Shown here: positions 42,482 through 52,629 of the stretch, piece by piece
Position numbering within the stretch: the stretch's first letter is position 1
Layout of the letters: every line of letters begins with the position of its first letter
Origin: a virus
Virus record (IMG/VR): IMGVR_UViG_3300030114_000522
Length of the DNA stretch: 64,000 nucleotides
Reading direction: 5' to 3' (one strand)
The notes under the pieces: generated by a model
What the model was told of the DNA's origin: nothing
Seen by the model: only the letters and a program-made list of their open reading frames with translations
Databases searched by the model: none
Program-made: the position numbers and the translations under genes

Positions 42482-42874
42482 ATGAGGGGTGATAATATTA
42501 TGATAAAGTTAAATGAATTAAAAGAAGATAATACTATATGGAGAATATATGAGGATTCCGATATTGTTAAATATATTAACATTAGATATTTTAATAATTA
42601 TGGTTCAGAAGGCTATTTATCATTTACTTATGGAGATGAAAGCAATTATGATATAGATTATGGTTATCCATATGCTTGTTTATATCAAAGAGATGAAAAA
42701 GATTTATTCTATTCTAAAGATAAAGTATTAGTTGAAATAGAAAATCGTAAAAATAAATTAGCAAATGAATTAAAAGATAAAAATAAATTAATTGAATTTT
42801 TGTATAATAAGTCAAAATCAAAGCTTACTGGTATAGAAATTAAAGTATGTGAAGAATTATTAAAAAGTAAATAA
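42482..42874 (+). CDS. hypothetical protein
   Basis: RBS (start probably 42500). Confidence 0.7.
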   Translation: MRGDNIMIKLNELKEDNTIWRIYEDSDIVKYINIRYFNNYGSEGYLSFTYGDESNYDIDYGYPYACLYQRDEKDLFYSKDKVLVEIENRKNKLANELKDKNKLIEFLYNKSKSKLTGIEIKVCEELLKSK

Positions 42875-42917
42875 GTTAATAAATAGTAAATTTTATTTAA
42901 AGTGGGAGGGTGAGATT

Positions 42918-43187
42918 ATGAGAAAAGAAGAAGAAAGAAAATATAAAACATATGATATTGTTTATTGCTTAAAAGAAGATATAGCAGATGAATTATTTAA
43001 GTTATATAAGAGCAAAGGCTATTTAGTAGGATTATCAAGTGTAGAAATTTATGATGGAGTAAGGGGAAAACATGTTGTTGAAAAGTTAGATATATTAGAA
43101 GAACTCTCAGAAGAAGAATATAAAATAGCTGATGAAGAAGATTTTAAGTTTGAAAAAGAATTGGATGAAATACTAAAAAATAAATAA
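42918..43187 (+). CDS. hypothetical protein
   Basis: GGAGG RBS. Confidence 0.7.
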   Translation: MRKEEERKYKTYDIVYCLKEDIADELFKLYKSKGYLVGLSSVEIYDGVRGKHVVEKLDILEELSEEEYKIADEEDFKFEKELDEILKNK

Positions 43188-43503
43188 TAGGAGGTAACTA
43201 CATAATGAAATATAATTTCTTCAATCTAATAATAGAATACTGTAATAACAATCACATAAACGCTGATTTAAAGTTCATAGGAACTATTAATGATAAGATA
43301 AATGAGTTACTTAAACGTGGTACAGACGAGAACTGGATTGAGAATAATATTAGTTGCTTGTTGTAATTATAGTAGTATTGTATAAAAAATAAATCTAATA
43401 ATATATTAAAATAATATAAAAATGTATTGCAATTAAGGTTGAGTATGATATAATAGATATAAGAAGTAAATTAAGGAAAATAATTCTAAGGAGTGATATT
43501 ATT

Positions 43504-43767
43504 ATGGCAAGTTTAAAAGAATTAAAAGAAAATAAATTATATGAAGCCACTAGTAGGAATAGGTATTATAATATTAATTATGATTCTGCTCCACATTATG
43601 CAAATCCATTAATTTGTAGTAATTGCAAGCATGATTTTAGAACAGTAGATACGACATATAGTAATTTTAATGAGATTATAGATTATGATTATTGTCCAAA
43701 GTGTGGTGAAAAGTTTACTGAATTTATTAATAGAGATGGAAATATAACTTCTAAGAACAAAAAATAA
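43504..43767 (+). CDS. Zn-ribbon protein
   Basis: CSNC...CPKCG. Confidence 0.7.
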   Translation: MASLKELKENKLYEATSRNRYYNINYDSAPHYANPLICSNCKHDFRTVDTTYSNFNEIIDYDYCPKCGEKFTEFINRDGNITSKNKK

Positions 43768-43872
43768 GAATAGAAAGAAAAGATAAAGTTCTTTGATTTA
43801 GCACATAACTATAAAAATATGTGCTAGAGTGAGAGAATTTAAAAAATAATTTATGAAAGATGGTGTAAAATA

Positions 43873-44127
43873 ATGAGTATTAAAACTAGTATAATATTGT
43901 GGAGAGTAGGAAAATTAAATTATGCAAAAAAAGAAGATATAATAGTCGAATTTGAATCTAGAGAAAAATTTGATAAAGAATATATTAGAAGATTGGCAGA
44001 AGAAAAAGTTGGGTTTAAATTATATGATAATAATAATGAAAAACAAAAACAACTTGAAGATTTAAATAATTCGTTTGTTGATAAAACTGATACAGTAGAA
44101 ATTAGATATCATGAAGAAATTAAATAA
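43873..44127 (+). CDS. hypothetical protein
   Basis: RBS. Confidence 0.65.
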   Translation: MSIKTSIILWRVGKLNYAKKEDIIVEFESREKFDKEYIRRLAEEKVGFKLYDNNNEKQKQLEDLNNSFVDKTDTVEIRYHEEIK

Positions 44128-44368
44128 TTTAGAAGAGTATAAGGATGGTGTATTAAATATGAATTATGAAGAAATAATTAAATATGTCCAATCTAGGTGT
44201 AAAGAAAATATTTTTAAAGAAATAGATAATTTCCTAACTAATTTAGATGATACTTGTGACGATACTATAGAACTGGAAAATAATAAGTTCAAGATAAGAA
44301 AAGAGATTATAAAAACTGATTATAATAATGGAATTATAGATTGTAAATATGATGTAATATTACAATAA
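44111..44368 (+). CDS. hypothetical protein
   Basis: Start probably 44159; stop codon is part of the boundary motif. Confidence 0.62.
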   Translation: MKKLNNLEEYKDGVLNMNYEEIIKYVQSRCKENIFKEIDNFLTNLDDTCDDTIELENNKFKIRKEIIKTDYNNGIIDCKYDVILQ

Positions 44369-44408
44369 ATTAGTTCTTTCATTTGGAGATAATTAAAAAT
44401 TAAGGGAG

Positions 44409-44843
44409 ATGAATAAAATAATGAAAGTTAAGTTTAAAAGAGAAGAAGAGTTAACACAATCAACATGGTTAAATGAAAATAATAGAGGTCAAATGATTAC
44501 TATTCGCAAAGATGATACCTTTAAAACTGGAGCATGGGGACATGGTGGCTATGAATCAGTTATTACAGATAAAGGTGAATGGATATGTGATGTTGATTGC
44601 AAAGAGTTTAATGAGTTATTTGAAGTTGTTATAGAAGACATAATAGGTCAAGAAAGATATTGGAAGTCTGATACAAACCATGAGAGATTTAGAGTTATAG
44701 AATTTGAAAAAGAACGTAAAGGACTTAAATATTATACAATAGAATATTTTACAACAAACAATAGAAAACAGTGCCAGGATGAAAAAACAATATTGGAAAA
44801 ATCAATTTTATTAGAATTAGAATTAGAATTAGTTTCTGAATAA
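44409..44843 (+). CDS. hypothetical protein
   Basis: RBS. Confidence 0.7.
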   Translation: MNKIMKVKFKREEELTQSTWLNENNRGQMITIRKDDTFKTGAWGHGGYESVITDKGEWICDVDCKEFNELFEVVIEDIIGQERYWKSDTNHERFRVIEFEKERKGLKYYTIEYFTTNNRKQCQDEKTILEKSILLELELELVSE

Positions 44844-44863
44844 AAATTAAGGAGTGATATTTA

Positions 44864-45250
44864 ATGAATAAAAATGATTATAAAAAATTAGAATTAGTTA
44901 AAGCAGACAATAGGGTTATAAGTCCAGATGATTTAAAAAATAAATCAGATAGAACATTATTATATGGGTATAGTACTTATGCCTATGGAAATCTTACTTG
45001 GCATGTATATATAAAAGATGAAGTAATTCATACTATTTGGTATGACAATACAGAAGAAGAAATAACAATTTGTGAATTACCTAATTATATTAATAATAAA
45101 CAGTATATTCCTAATAAAAGATTATATCCTGAATATTGTGATTTTGAATTTTGTGAACTTTTAAAACAAAGAGGAATACAATTACCATTTTCACAATGGA
45201 CTAATGATAATATGGAAGAAAAACAATATTATGCGTTATTAAACAAATAG
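44864..45250 (+). CDS. hypothetical phage protein
   Basis: RBS. Confidence 0.72.
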   Translation: MNKNDYKKLELVKADNRVISPDDLKNKSDRTLLYGYSTYAYGNLTWHVYIKDEVIHTIWYDNTEEEITICELPNYINNKQYIPNKRLYPEYCDFEFCELLKQRGIQLPFSQWTNDNMEEKQYYALLNK

Positions 45251-45309
45251 ATAACAGACAATAAAACAAGAGTTTCTACGACGGTTACTTAGAAAAAGGA
45301 GAGTATTAA

Positions 45310-45618
45310 ATGAAACATATTGAATTTTTAGAAATGATAAAAATTATGGTTGATACAGGAGAAATTGATTTAGGGAATGATGAAAGAACTGAATGGTTAG
45401 AAAATATAAGAGAAATTAAAAAAACTATTATGGATTATTGGAAAGATTATATAATCAAAGAAATTCAGTATAAGGACTGTTGTCATCCTAGTGATTGTAA
45501 TTATGATAATTGGTTCCAATTCTTTGGTGATACAGATTCGTATGATTTGGAAGGATATATGCGTGAACTTTTTACAGAAGAAGAGTGCGAAAAATTATGG
45601 CAAGATTCACATAAATAA
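45310..45618 (+). CDS. hypothetical protein
   Basis: RBS. Confidence 0.7.
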   Translation: MKHIEFLEMIKIMVDTGEIDLGNDERTEWLENIREIKKTIMDYWKDYIIKEIQYKDCCHPSDCNYDNWFQFFGDTDSYDLEGYMRELFTEEECEKLWQDSHK

Positions 45619-45675
45619 TCTGAACTATAAATATGTTTAAAAGAGTTATTTCATAAAGAATTAGGAGGGAAATAA

Positions 45676-46020
45676 ATGAGTAGTTGGACACATATTATAG
45701 CTACAATTGATGTAGAAACTTTTATAGAAGATATAGAAATAAAAACAAAAGTAGAAGATATATTAAAAGATGCCCCTAAAATTACAGGAAGTGAGGGGAA
45801 TGCAGATATATTTGTGAATATATTAAGTGATTTTAATATATCTAAATGGAATTTTGAAAAAGATAAATTTGACCATTTTCAATCAAGAGTAGTAATAACA
45901 ATTATGGGAGATTTAAGAGATAGAGAAATAAAGAAAACAGGAAAAGAATATTGCAAATTTTATAATTTTATTAAAAATAAATTTTGGATAAGAAATTCTA
46001 CTTATAAAATAATAACTTAA
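45676..46020 (+). CDS. phage hypothetical protein (MS.WTH...TGSEG...GDLRDR motifs)
   Basis: AGGAGG RBS; motifs recalled from phage proteins. Confidence 0.72.
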   Translation: MSSWTHIIATIDVETFIEDIEIKTKVEDILKDAPKITGSEGNADIFVNILSDFNISKWNFEKDKFDHFQSRVVITIMGDLRDREIKKTGKEYCKFYNFIKNKFWIRNSTYKIIT

Positions 46021-46054
46021 ATTCATAATTTCATTGAAAGTGAGGTAAGAAAAA

Positions 46055-46300
46055 ATGTCTAAAACAATTAAATGTAAAAATTGTGAAAAGGATAGTAAAT
46101 ATACAATAAATAATTGTTGTATAAATATAGCTGATGTATATGATAAAACTGATTTTAAATATATAATGAGTGCCGATGGTGGTTCATTATTTCTTTGTAA
46201 TGAATGTTATAACAAAGTTCAAGAATTGGCAAAACAAATATTAGATATAGTTAAAGAAGAAGATATAATGATAGGAGATTTATTATGTGGAGATAAATAA
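46055..46300 (+). CDS. Cys-rich hypothetical protein
   Basis: CKNC...CNEC. Confidence 0.65.
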   Translation: MSKTIKCKNCEKDSKYTINNCCINIADVYDKTDFKYIMSADGGSLFLCNECYNKVQELAKQILDIVKEEDIMIGDLLCGDK

Positions 46301-46726
46301 TATAAGTTAAAGCGACGGAGAGATATAAAATGTTTGAATTAATAGATTATAAAGAAGATGAATTTTCAGATGGATATTCAGGACAAGTTGATTATTATTA
46401 TAAAGTTAAAAATATTAACACTAAAGAAGAAAAATGGGTTGATAGATATGAATATAGCAATATTAAAAGTAATGGATTATTAAAGAAATAAATTAAAGGA
46501 GATATTAATAAGTTATGAATATAGGTGATTCAGTAGTATACAATAATGATATAAGATTGAGAAAATTTGAAGATGGTAGAAAATATGCAATTATACTTGA
46601 TGTATATAGAATAGTATCTTTAGAAGAACATAATGGCTATATAGATGTAATTGATGTGAATACTAAATTGTGATAATACTTTAGAAATAAGTTGGTAATA
46701 ATAAATTAAAAAGGAGATGAATATAA

Positions 46727-47038
46727 ATGGAAAGTAATTATTTAGATAGAGTTAATAAAAATTTTGATAATTTAACTGATGAAGAATTTTTGAAATTAAT
46801 TGAAGAAAATAATGTAGTTGAATTTTGTAAAACATTAAAACCAATTACAGATTGGAGCAAAGTTAAGAAAGGTGATAAGATATTTCATCAAAGTAGCTTA
46901 AATATTAATTATGTAGATACTTTTATAGAAGCAGAAGAATGGAGTGATAATAGACTTATAGTAACAGTAACTTATAAAAACTATAAAGAGGAAGAATGGA
47001 ACGGTAGTGCTGAATATGGATGGTATTATTATAAATAA
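46727..47038 (+). CDS. hypothetical protein
   Basis: RBS. Confidence 0.7.
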   Translation: MESNYLDRVNKNFDNLTDEEFLKLIEENNVVEFCKTLKPITDWSKVKKGDKIFHQSSLNINYVDTFIEAEEWSDNRLIVTVTYKNYKEEEWNGSAEYGWYYYK

Positions 47039-47066
47039 AATAGATTAAAGAAAGGAAGTATAATAA

Positions 47067-47282
47067 ATAAAAAATACAATTATAGAAGTTAAATTTAATA
47101 ATGAACCACCTACAGAATATGATTACAAGCACCTTGATGTCGTTATGAAAACAGGAAAGGTACATACTTTTCATTATCATATTAATAATCCAATACCAAC
47201 AAAAGAAGAGATGATTGGATTAACATGGTTTGAAGTAATTAATCTTGCTAAGAAGATGTTTTATGATTTAGTAAATAATTAA
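47067..47282 (+). pseudogene. 71-aa frame with RBS but ATA in the start position
   Basis: GAAAGGA RBS then ATA AAA AAT ACA..., open to TAA at 47282. Confidence 0.4.
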
Positions 47283-47290
47283 TAAATTAA

Positions 47291-47644
47291 ATGGAGGAAT
47301 GTAAAATGTTAAAAAATATAAAAACAATTAAATGCCCTATATGTGGATGTAAAGATATAATTGAAGAAAGCATAGATACTAATTATGATAGAGCCGAAAT
47401 ATTGCAACATTGTAACGGTACTAGATGGGAACATAGAAAATTTTTATGTGGTTATCATGTGCAATATGAACCAAATTTTTCAAAAGAAGTTGAGAATAAA
47501 TATTCAGAATGTAAAAATAATTTAGAAGTTATTGCTAGAAAAAAGAAAGAAAAACTAGATAAGGAAAATCTTATAAAGTTATTAAATGAAAATAATATTT
47601 CAGAATCAATAATTGAAAAAGTTGAAAGATATTGTTTATATTAA
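47291..47644 (+). CDS. Zn-binding hypothetical protein
   Basis: CPICG...HCNG...CG. Confidence 0.7.
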   Translation: MEECKMLKNIKTIKCPICGCKDIIEESIDTNYDRAEILQHCNGTRWEHRKFLCGYHVQYEPNFSKEVENKYSECKNNLEVIARKKKEKLDKENLIKLLNENNISESIIEKVERYCLY

Positions 47645-47693
47645 AACTATCATTTCATACAGAGTTAAAAATAAATTAAAAGGAGTATAAAAA

Positions 47694-48095
47694 ATGAATA
47701 CGAAAACATTTATAAGTGAAAATGGATTGGATTTGGTTATTAAAAGTAAAAAGTCAGCTATAATTTTTGAAATAGGAGGAGTCAACACAGAAAAGTATAA
47801 ATTTATATTTACATTTAAGCCTCATGTATTTAAATATCTATTTGAATACATAGAATTTGAAGCAAGAGAATGTTGGAGTGGATTAGAATTAAAAGAGGCT
47901 GATAGTCTTAGTTCTGATTATAATGAATATTATGATAAAGAATTTGATAATGAAGGATACTTAAATATTAAAAATAATAGTTTGGAGATAGAAAGACCAA
48001 TACTAGAGAATAATAGATTATATAAATTTGATAAAAAGAAGGTACAATCTTTTCTTTATGATTTTAATAAAAAATTAACTATAGAAAATATATAA
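47694..48095 (+). CDS. hypothetical protein
   Basis: RBS. Confidence 0.7.
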   Translation: MNTKTFISENGLDLVIKSKKSAIIFEIGGVNTEKYKFIFTFKPHVFKYLFEYIEFEARECWSGLELKEADSLSSDYNEYYDKEFDNEGYLNIKNNSLEIERPILENNRLYKFDKKKVQSFLYDFNKKLTIENI

Positions 48096-48278
48096 AGTGT
48101 TTCTTAGCGTAGGCTATCACTTAAAACACTAAGCCTACATTCCATAAGAAAAAAATAATTAATAAAAACTAGATAATATATTAAAGTAACACTTGCATTA
48201 ATTTAGTGTTGTGTTATAATTTAGAAAAGAAGGAAATACATAAACAAAAGTAGAAATAAATATAATAATAAAAAGGAG

Positions 48279-49280
48279 TTGATTACTATGAGTTGTTCAT
48301 TAGTGGTAGAGAATAAAAATTATCCTGAAAGTGTAATTGAATTTACGAATTACTTAGGAACTATAAAAAATAAATCTAAGAATACTATAACTGGATATAA
48401 AAGTGATTTAGGACTATTTTTTAAATTCTTACAAGTACACAAAAATAGTAAAAAGTATTCAAATATTATTGATATAGAAGATATAGATATAACTAATATA
48501 GGGGTTAGATTCATTCAATCTATAGAATTAAAAGATTTATACGCATTTATGAATTATTTAGAGAATGAAAGAAAAAAGAAAAATGGAGAATGTGCTAGAG
48601 CTAGGAAAGTCGCTACATTGAAGTCATATTATAATTATATATTTAAAAAAGCAAAAATTGTAAAAGAAAATATAGCTGAAGAACTTGAAGCACCTAAAAT
48701 AAATAGAAGACAACCAAGTGTATTAGATATAAATGATAGTAAGCATTTATTAGAATCATTAGATAGTGAAGATAAGTTCTATCAACGAGATTATTGTATA
48801 TTAACTTTGTTATTGCATTGTGGAATGAGGCTTGAAGAACTAACAAATATAAAACTTGTAGATATAAAAAATGATGTATTAACAATTATTGGAAAGGGTA
48901 GTAAAGAAAGAAAAATATATCTCAATGATACATGTTTAAAGGTAATAGATAATTATTTACAAATCAGAGACGATTCTAAGTGTGATAAAGAAAATAAAAA
49001 ATTCTTATTTATATCTAGATTAAATAGACATATACACAAGAATTCAATTGAAGCTTTAGTAAAAAAACATTTAGGTAATGCAGGGTTTGATTTAGATAAG
49101 TACCATACACATTCAACAAGAGCCTCGTATGCTACTATGATGTATAATGCAGGAATTGACGTTGAAACACTCGCTTCCAGTATGGGACATAGTGTAAGCA
49201 GTACAACTAGAATATATCTAAATATAAATGAAAATAATTTAAGAAATGTTTCAAAAATAAATCCATTGAATAATTTATAA
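48279..49280 (+). CDS. XerC/D-like tyrosine recombinase, catalytically intact
   Basis: GMRLEEL (R), GKGSKER (K), HSTR (H-x-x-R), MGH, TRIY (Y). Confidence 0.92.
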   Translation: MITMSCSLVVENKNYPESVIEFTNYLGTIKNKSKNTITGYKSDLGLFFKFLQVHKNSKKYSNIIDIEDIDITNIGVRFIQSIELKDLYAFMNYLENERKKKNGECARARKVATLKSYYNYIFKKAKIVKENIAEELEAPKINRRQPSVLDINDSKHLLESLDSEDKFYQRDYCILTLLLHCGMRLEELTNIKLVDIKNDVLTIIGKGSKERKIYLNDTCLKVIDNYLQIRDDSKCDKENKKFLFISRLNRHIHKNSIEALVKKHLGNAGFDLDKYHTHSTRASYATMMYNAGIDVETLASSMGHSVSSTTRIYLNINENNLRNVSKINPLNNL

Positions 49281-49292
49281 AGGAGTATAGAT

Positions 49293-49481
49293 ATGAATAT
49301 TAAAGAAAATGTGGTTCAAGGAAAATTAATGAGATATTGTGCTACAAGTATACATGGTTATGTAGATATATTTGATAGAATAAAGGAAATTTACATGGGA
49401 TATCATTTCGATTATTATGATAAAATTAGAGCAGAAGAAATCAGTTATCAGCTTGAAGAAAAATACAGAGATAGTATATAA
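49293..49481 (+). CDS. hypothetical protein
   Basis: RBS. Confidence 0.62.
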   Translation: MNIKENVVQGKLMRYCATSIHGYVDIFDRIKEIYMGYHFDYYDKIRAEEISYQLEEKYRDSI

Positions 49482-49544
49482 AATAAATCTTTTATTTGGA
49501 AGAGTTTAGAAATTATTAAAATATGATATAATAATTAAATATAA

Positions 49545-49766
49545 ATGGAGGGAATAATAATGAAATTTGTAAATATACCAGCTATTGTTATTAATAAAGA
49601 TTGGGAAAATCCAATATATCAAAATATGAGAGTTATGGTAATTCTAAATAATGGTGAAAAATTTAAAGGTGTCTTTGTAGGTGTTTTTAAAGATGAAATA
49701 ACAATTGAAAAAGAAGATGGTATTCATTATGATTATAAGACAGACGATATTAAAGATATTTATTAG
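49545..49766 (+). CDS. small Sm/SH3-like hypothetical protein
   Basis: RBS; beta-rich pattern. Confidence 0.55.
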   Translation: MEGIIMKFVNIPAIVINKDWENPIYQNMRVMVILNNGEKFKGVFVGVFKDEITIEKEDGIHYDYKTDDIKDIY

Positions 49767-49988
49767 TAAAGAGGAGAATATTGATGAAAGTAAAAGCAAT
49801 ACTTGAATTAGATATGCCAGAAAAATGTATAGAATGTAGTCTTGTGGTTAATGAAAAATTTTCGATTATATGGTGCAAAATTACTACAGAAGACTGTAAA
49901 GCCCCTTTTAAAAATAAGAATGATAATTGTCCATTAAAAATAAAAGAATAAGTAAAATAGGAAATTCAAGTGGTTAAGGAGTAAACAT

Positions 49989-50369
49989 ATGTTTAATGAA
50001 CGTTTAGAGAAATATAGAAATGAACTGCATTTAAATAAAAGACAAATGGCTGACAAATTAAACATAAGTGAAAGTTACTATAGTTTAATAGAAAGTGGTC
50101 ATAGAAAACCTTCTAAGCGTGTTTTAAATAAGTTAGTATCTATTAGTAGTCTATCCGAAGAATACTGGCTATATGGAATCAATAAAGAGGAATATATAAA
50201 TAATGAAATTGACTTTAAAAATCTTAAAAATGTGTTGAATGCTATTATAGATTTGAATGTAATTGATAATTTAGATGAACTTTTTAATGGAATAATTTGT
50301 GCTGATAATTCTATAGAAAAATTATTAATTGAAGCATTAAAGAAAGATATTAAGGAACTTATAAAGTAA
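49989..50369 (+). CDS. XRE-family HTH regulator
   Basis: RLEKYRNELHLNKRQMADKLNISESYYSLIESGHRKPS. Confidence 0.85.
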   Translation: MFNERLEKYRNELHLNKRQMADKLNISESYYSLIESGHRKPSKRVLNKLVSISSLSEEYWLYGINKEEYINNEIDFKNLKNVLNAIIDLNVIDNLDELFNGIICADNSIEKLLIEALKKDIKELIK

Positions 50370-50392
50370 AAGTAAATATAGGAGGACTGAAA

Positions 50393-50605
50393 ATGGATAA
50401 TTTCAAAATAACAATATATGACCTTGAAACAAAAGAATTATTAACAACAGAGATAATGAATTTTATACCAAGATGTGGAGATTATATTAATACTTGGTTT
50501 TATAAAAATGATACATCACATTATTTTAAAATTAAAGCCGTTCTTATAAATGAAGGACTTAGTCAAAATATATATGTAGATATTAATGATGAATTTGAAA
50601 TGTAA
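50393..50605 (+). CDS. hypothetical protein
   Basis: AGGAGG RBS. Confidence 0.65.
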   Translation: MDNFKITIYDLETKELLTTEIMNFIPRCGDYINTWFYKNDTSHYFKIKAVLINEGLSQNIYVDINDEFEM

Positions 50606-50665
50606 TAAAAATCTGATTTTAAAGACTTATTTAAAATAGTTGTTAATTGGTTAATTGAGAAAGGA

Positions 50666-51097
50666 ATGATAATATTGAATAAATATGAAGTTATAAAACC
50701 CATGATGAAAGGAGAACAAATACTTGCAGAAGTAGGTGAAATTCTAACAGTTCGAGATAATGATAATCGTATAGGAGGTATAAAATGGTTAGCAAATAAG
50801 GATAATAAATTTATTTGTGATATAGGTAGTCCCCTTGAAAAAGAATGTTGTAAAATAACAGAAGTTTTTCAAACACCAAATATATTTATAGCATATGTAA
50901 ATGATTTTCAATTAGAAAAAGTTTGGCACAGGTTTAATTCTTATGATGAAGTAATTATATACTTTAATACAATGAGCTTAAAAAGATGTAATTATATTAA
51001 ATTAGAGATATGTGTTATTGACAATATAGAAAGAGAAGATATAAAAACAATATCAGATTTATTGGATTTCGCAAATATAAATAATGAGAATGAATAA
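50666..51097 (+). CDS. hypothetical protein
   Basis: RBS. Confidence 0.7.
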   Translation: MIILNKYEVIKPMMKGEQILAEVGEILTVRDNDNRIGGIKWLANKDNKFICDIGSPLEKECCKITEVFQTPNIFIAYVNDFQLEKVWHRFNSYDEVIIYFNTMSLKRCNYIKLEICVIDNIEREDIKTISDLLDFANINNENE

Positions 51098-51552
51098 ATT
51101 CTTAGTTTTATTGATAGTTATTATCAATTAGAAAGGAGAAAATTATGAATAATTTAGATATAGCAGGACTATTAATTACTTATTCAGAAAAATGTAGAAA
51201 AGCAAGAGACGCAGAACATCTTAAAGAGATTGTAAGAGATTTAAAGAAAGAATTAAATTCAGATGAAATCAAAAAATTAAGAATAATTGGTTCATAGTAT
51301 TTAGAACATAAACTATTATAAATAATAAAATAAAGGAGTGAGATAATTATGACTAAATCAACAGTTAAAAATTTAGCTAATAAATTAGGATATGACCTAG
51401 AAGTAAATTATAGTGCAATATATTTAATTAAAGATGATATGAAAATATTTAGGAAAAGTTATTCTTTAGCTTATAATTATCTTTATAGGTTAGAACATAG
51501 AAGATAAAATATATTAAAGTAACAATAAATATGAGAAAGAAGGAAATAAACA

Positions 51553-51816
51553 ATGAGAACAATACCATTAACAGTAAATAATAGAAACATATTAATACAA
51601 AAGGAAGGAAACAGATATATTAAAGAAATTGAAATAAGAGAAGTTATTGAGGATATAGTTGAGAATAATTTAGAAATTCCAATAGATAAACTTATTAATT
51701 TAAGTGATATATGCGATAAAATGTTTTCTATCATGTATAAAGGAATTATAACTACTATAGAAAAGATAAATGGTTTAGAAACACCGACTAATAATATAGT
51801 ATTTGAGATATGCTAA
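51553..51816 (+). CDS. hypothetical protein
   Basis: RBS. Confidence 0.65.
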   Translation: MRTIPLTVNNRNILIQKEGNRYIKEIEIREVIEDIVENNLEIPIDKLINLSDICDKMFSIMYKGIITTIEKINGLETPTNNIVFEIC

Positions 51817-51978
51817 TTATGATATAATATAGAAAAAAATATTATGAGGTGTAATTTATGGATATATAATCATAACCAAAGGAATAGGATAAATAATATT
51901 TAAAATACTGATTATATTGATAACTACCAAACAACATAAATATATAGTATAATAGTTGTATAAAAGGAGGTTTTACAA

Positions 51979-52131
51979 ATGGGAAGAAAAGCTATTAATA
52001 CAACTATAGATGAAGATTTAATGAAAAAAATTAAATATTTAGCATTAGAAAAAGATTGTAATATTAATGACTTAATAGAAGAAGGATTATATTTTATTAT
52101 TGAAAAATATGAAAATACTCAAGAGAAATAA
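51979..52131 (+). CDS. Ribbon-helix-helix DNA-binding protein (50 aa, below cutoff)
   Basis: MGRKAINTTIDEDLMKKIKILALEKDCNINDLIEEGL; AAGGAGG RBS. Confidence 0.75.
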   Translation: MGRKAINTTIDEDLMKKIKYLALEKDCNINDLIEEGLYFIIEKYENTQEK

Positions 52132-52255
52132 AAACATCTCTTGGGTCTCTCCTATAATATTTTAAAATATTAATATATGTTGTTGACAACATAACAACAT
52201 GGTGATATTATAAAGATATCAACAAAACAACATGAATTAAGAGGAGAGATGTTAA

Positions 52256-52582
52256 ATGTGTAATAAAACAATGAATAATGACCAAGAAGATTATGGATTA
52301 TATGATAGGAACGAAGAATACTTAAACTTTATGGATTTTATCAGTACCAATCAAAATAATGTAGTAGCAATAAATACTGATAGAGAAGAAGATACGAGGG
52401 TATTAGAAGATATTAATGATTTCTTTAAAGTTTATAATATTGACGTTGGAAGAATTGATATGGATTTTATTAGTTGTGTATACATAGATTTTGGTTTGGA
52501 AGATAGAAGTAGAATAAATGTAATTTTTAAGGTGAATGGGATTAATAAGAGATTTACTTTTGAAGTTGTGGAAGAATGCTAA
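52256..52582 (+). CDS. hypothetical protein
   Basis: Promoter and RBS. Confidence 0.7.
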   Translation: MCNKTMNNDQEDYGLYDRNEEYLNFMDFISTNQNNVVAINTDREEDTRVLEDINDFFKVYNIDVGRIDMDFISCVYIDFGLEDRSRINVIFKVNGINKRFTFEVVEEC

Positions 52583-52629
52583 ATTAGATTTAAATTAAAA
52601 AAAACAATGAAAGGAGTTAACAGCTAAAA

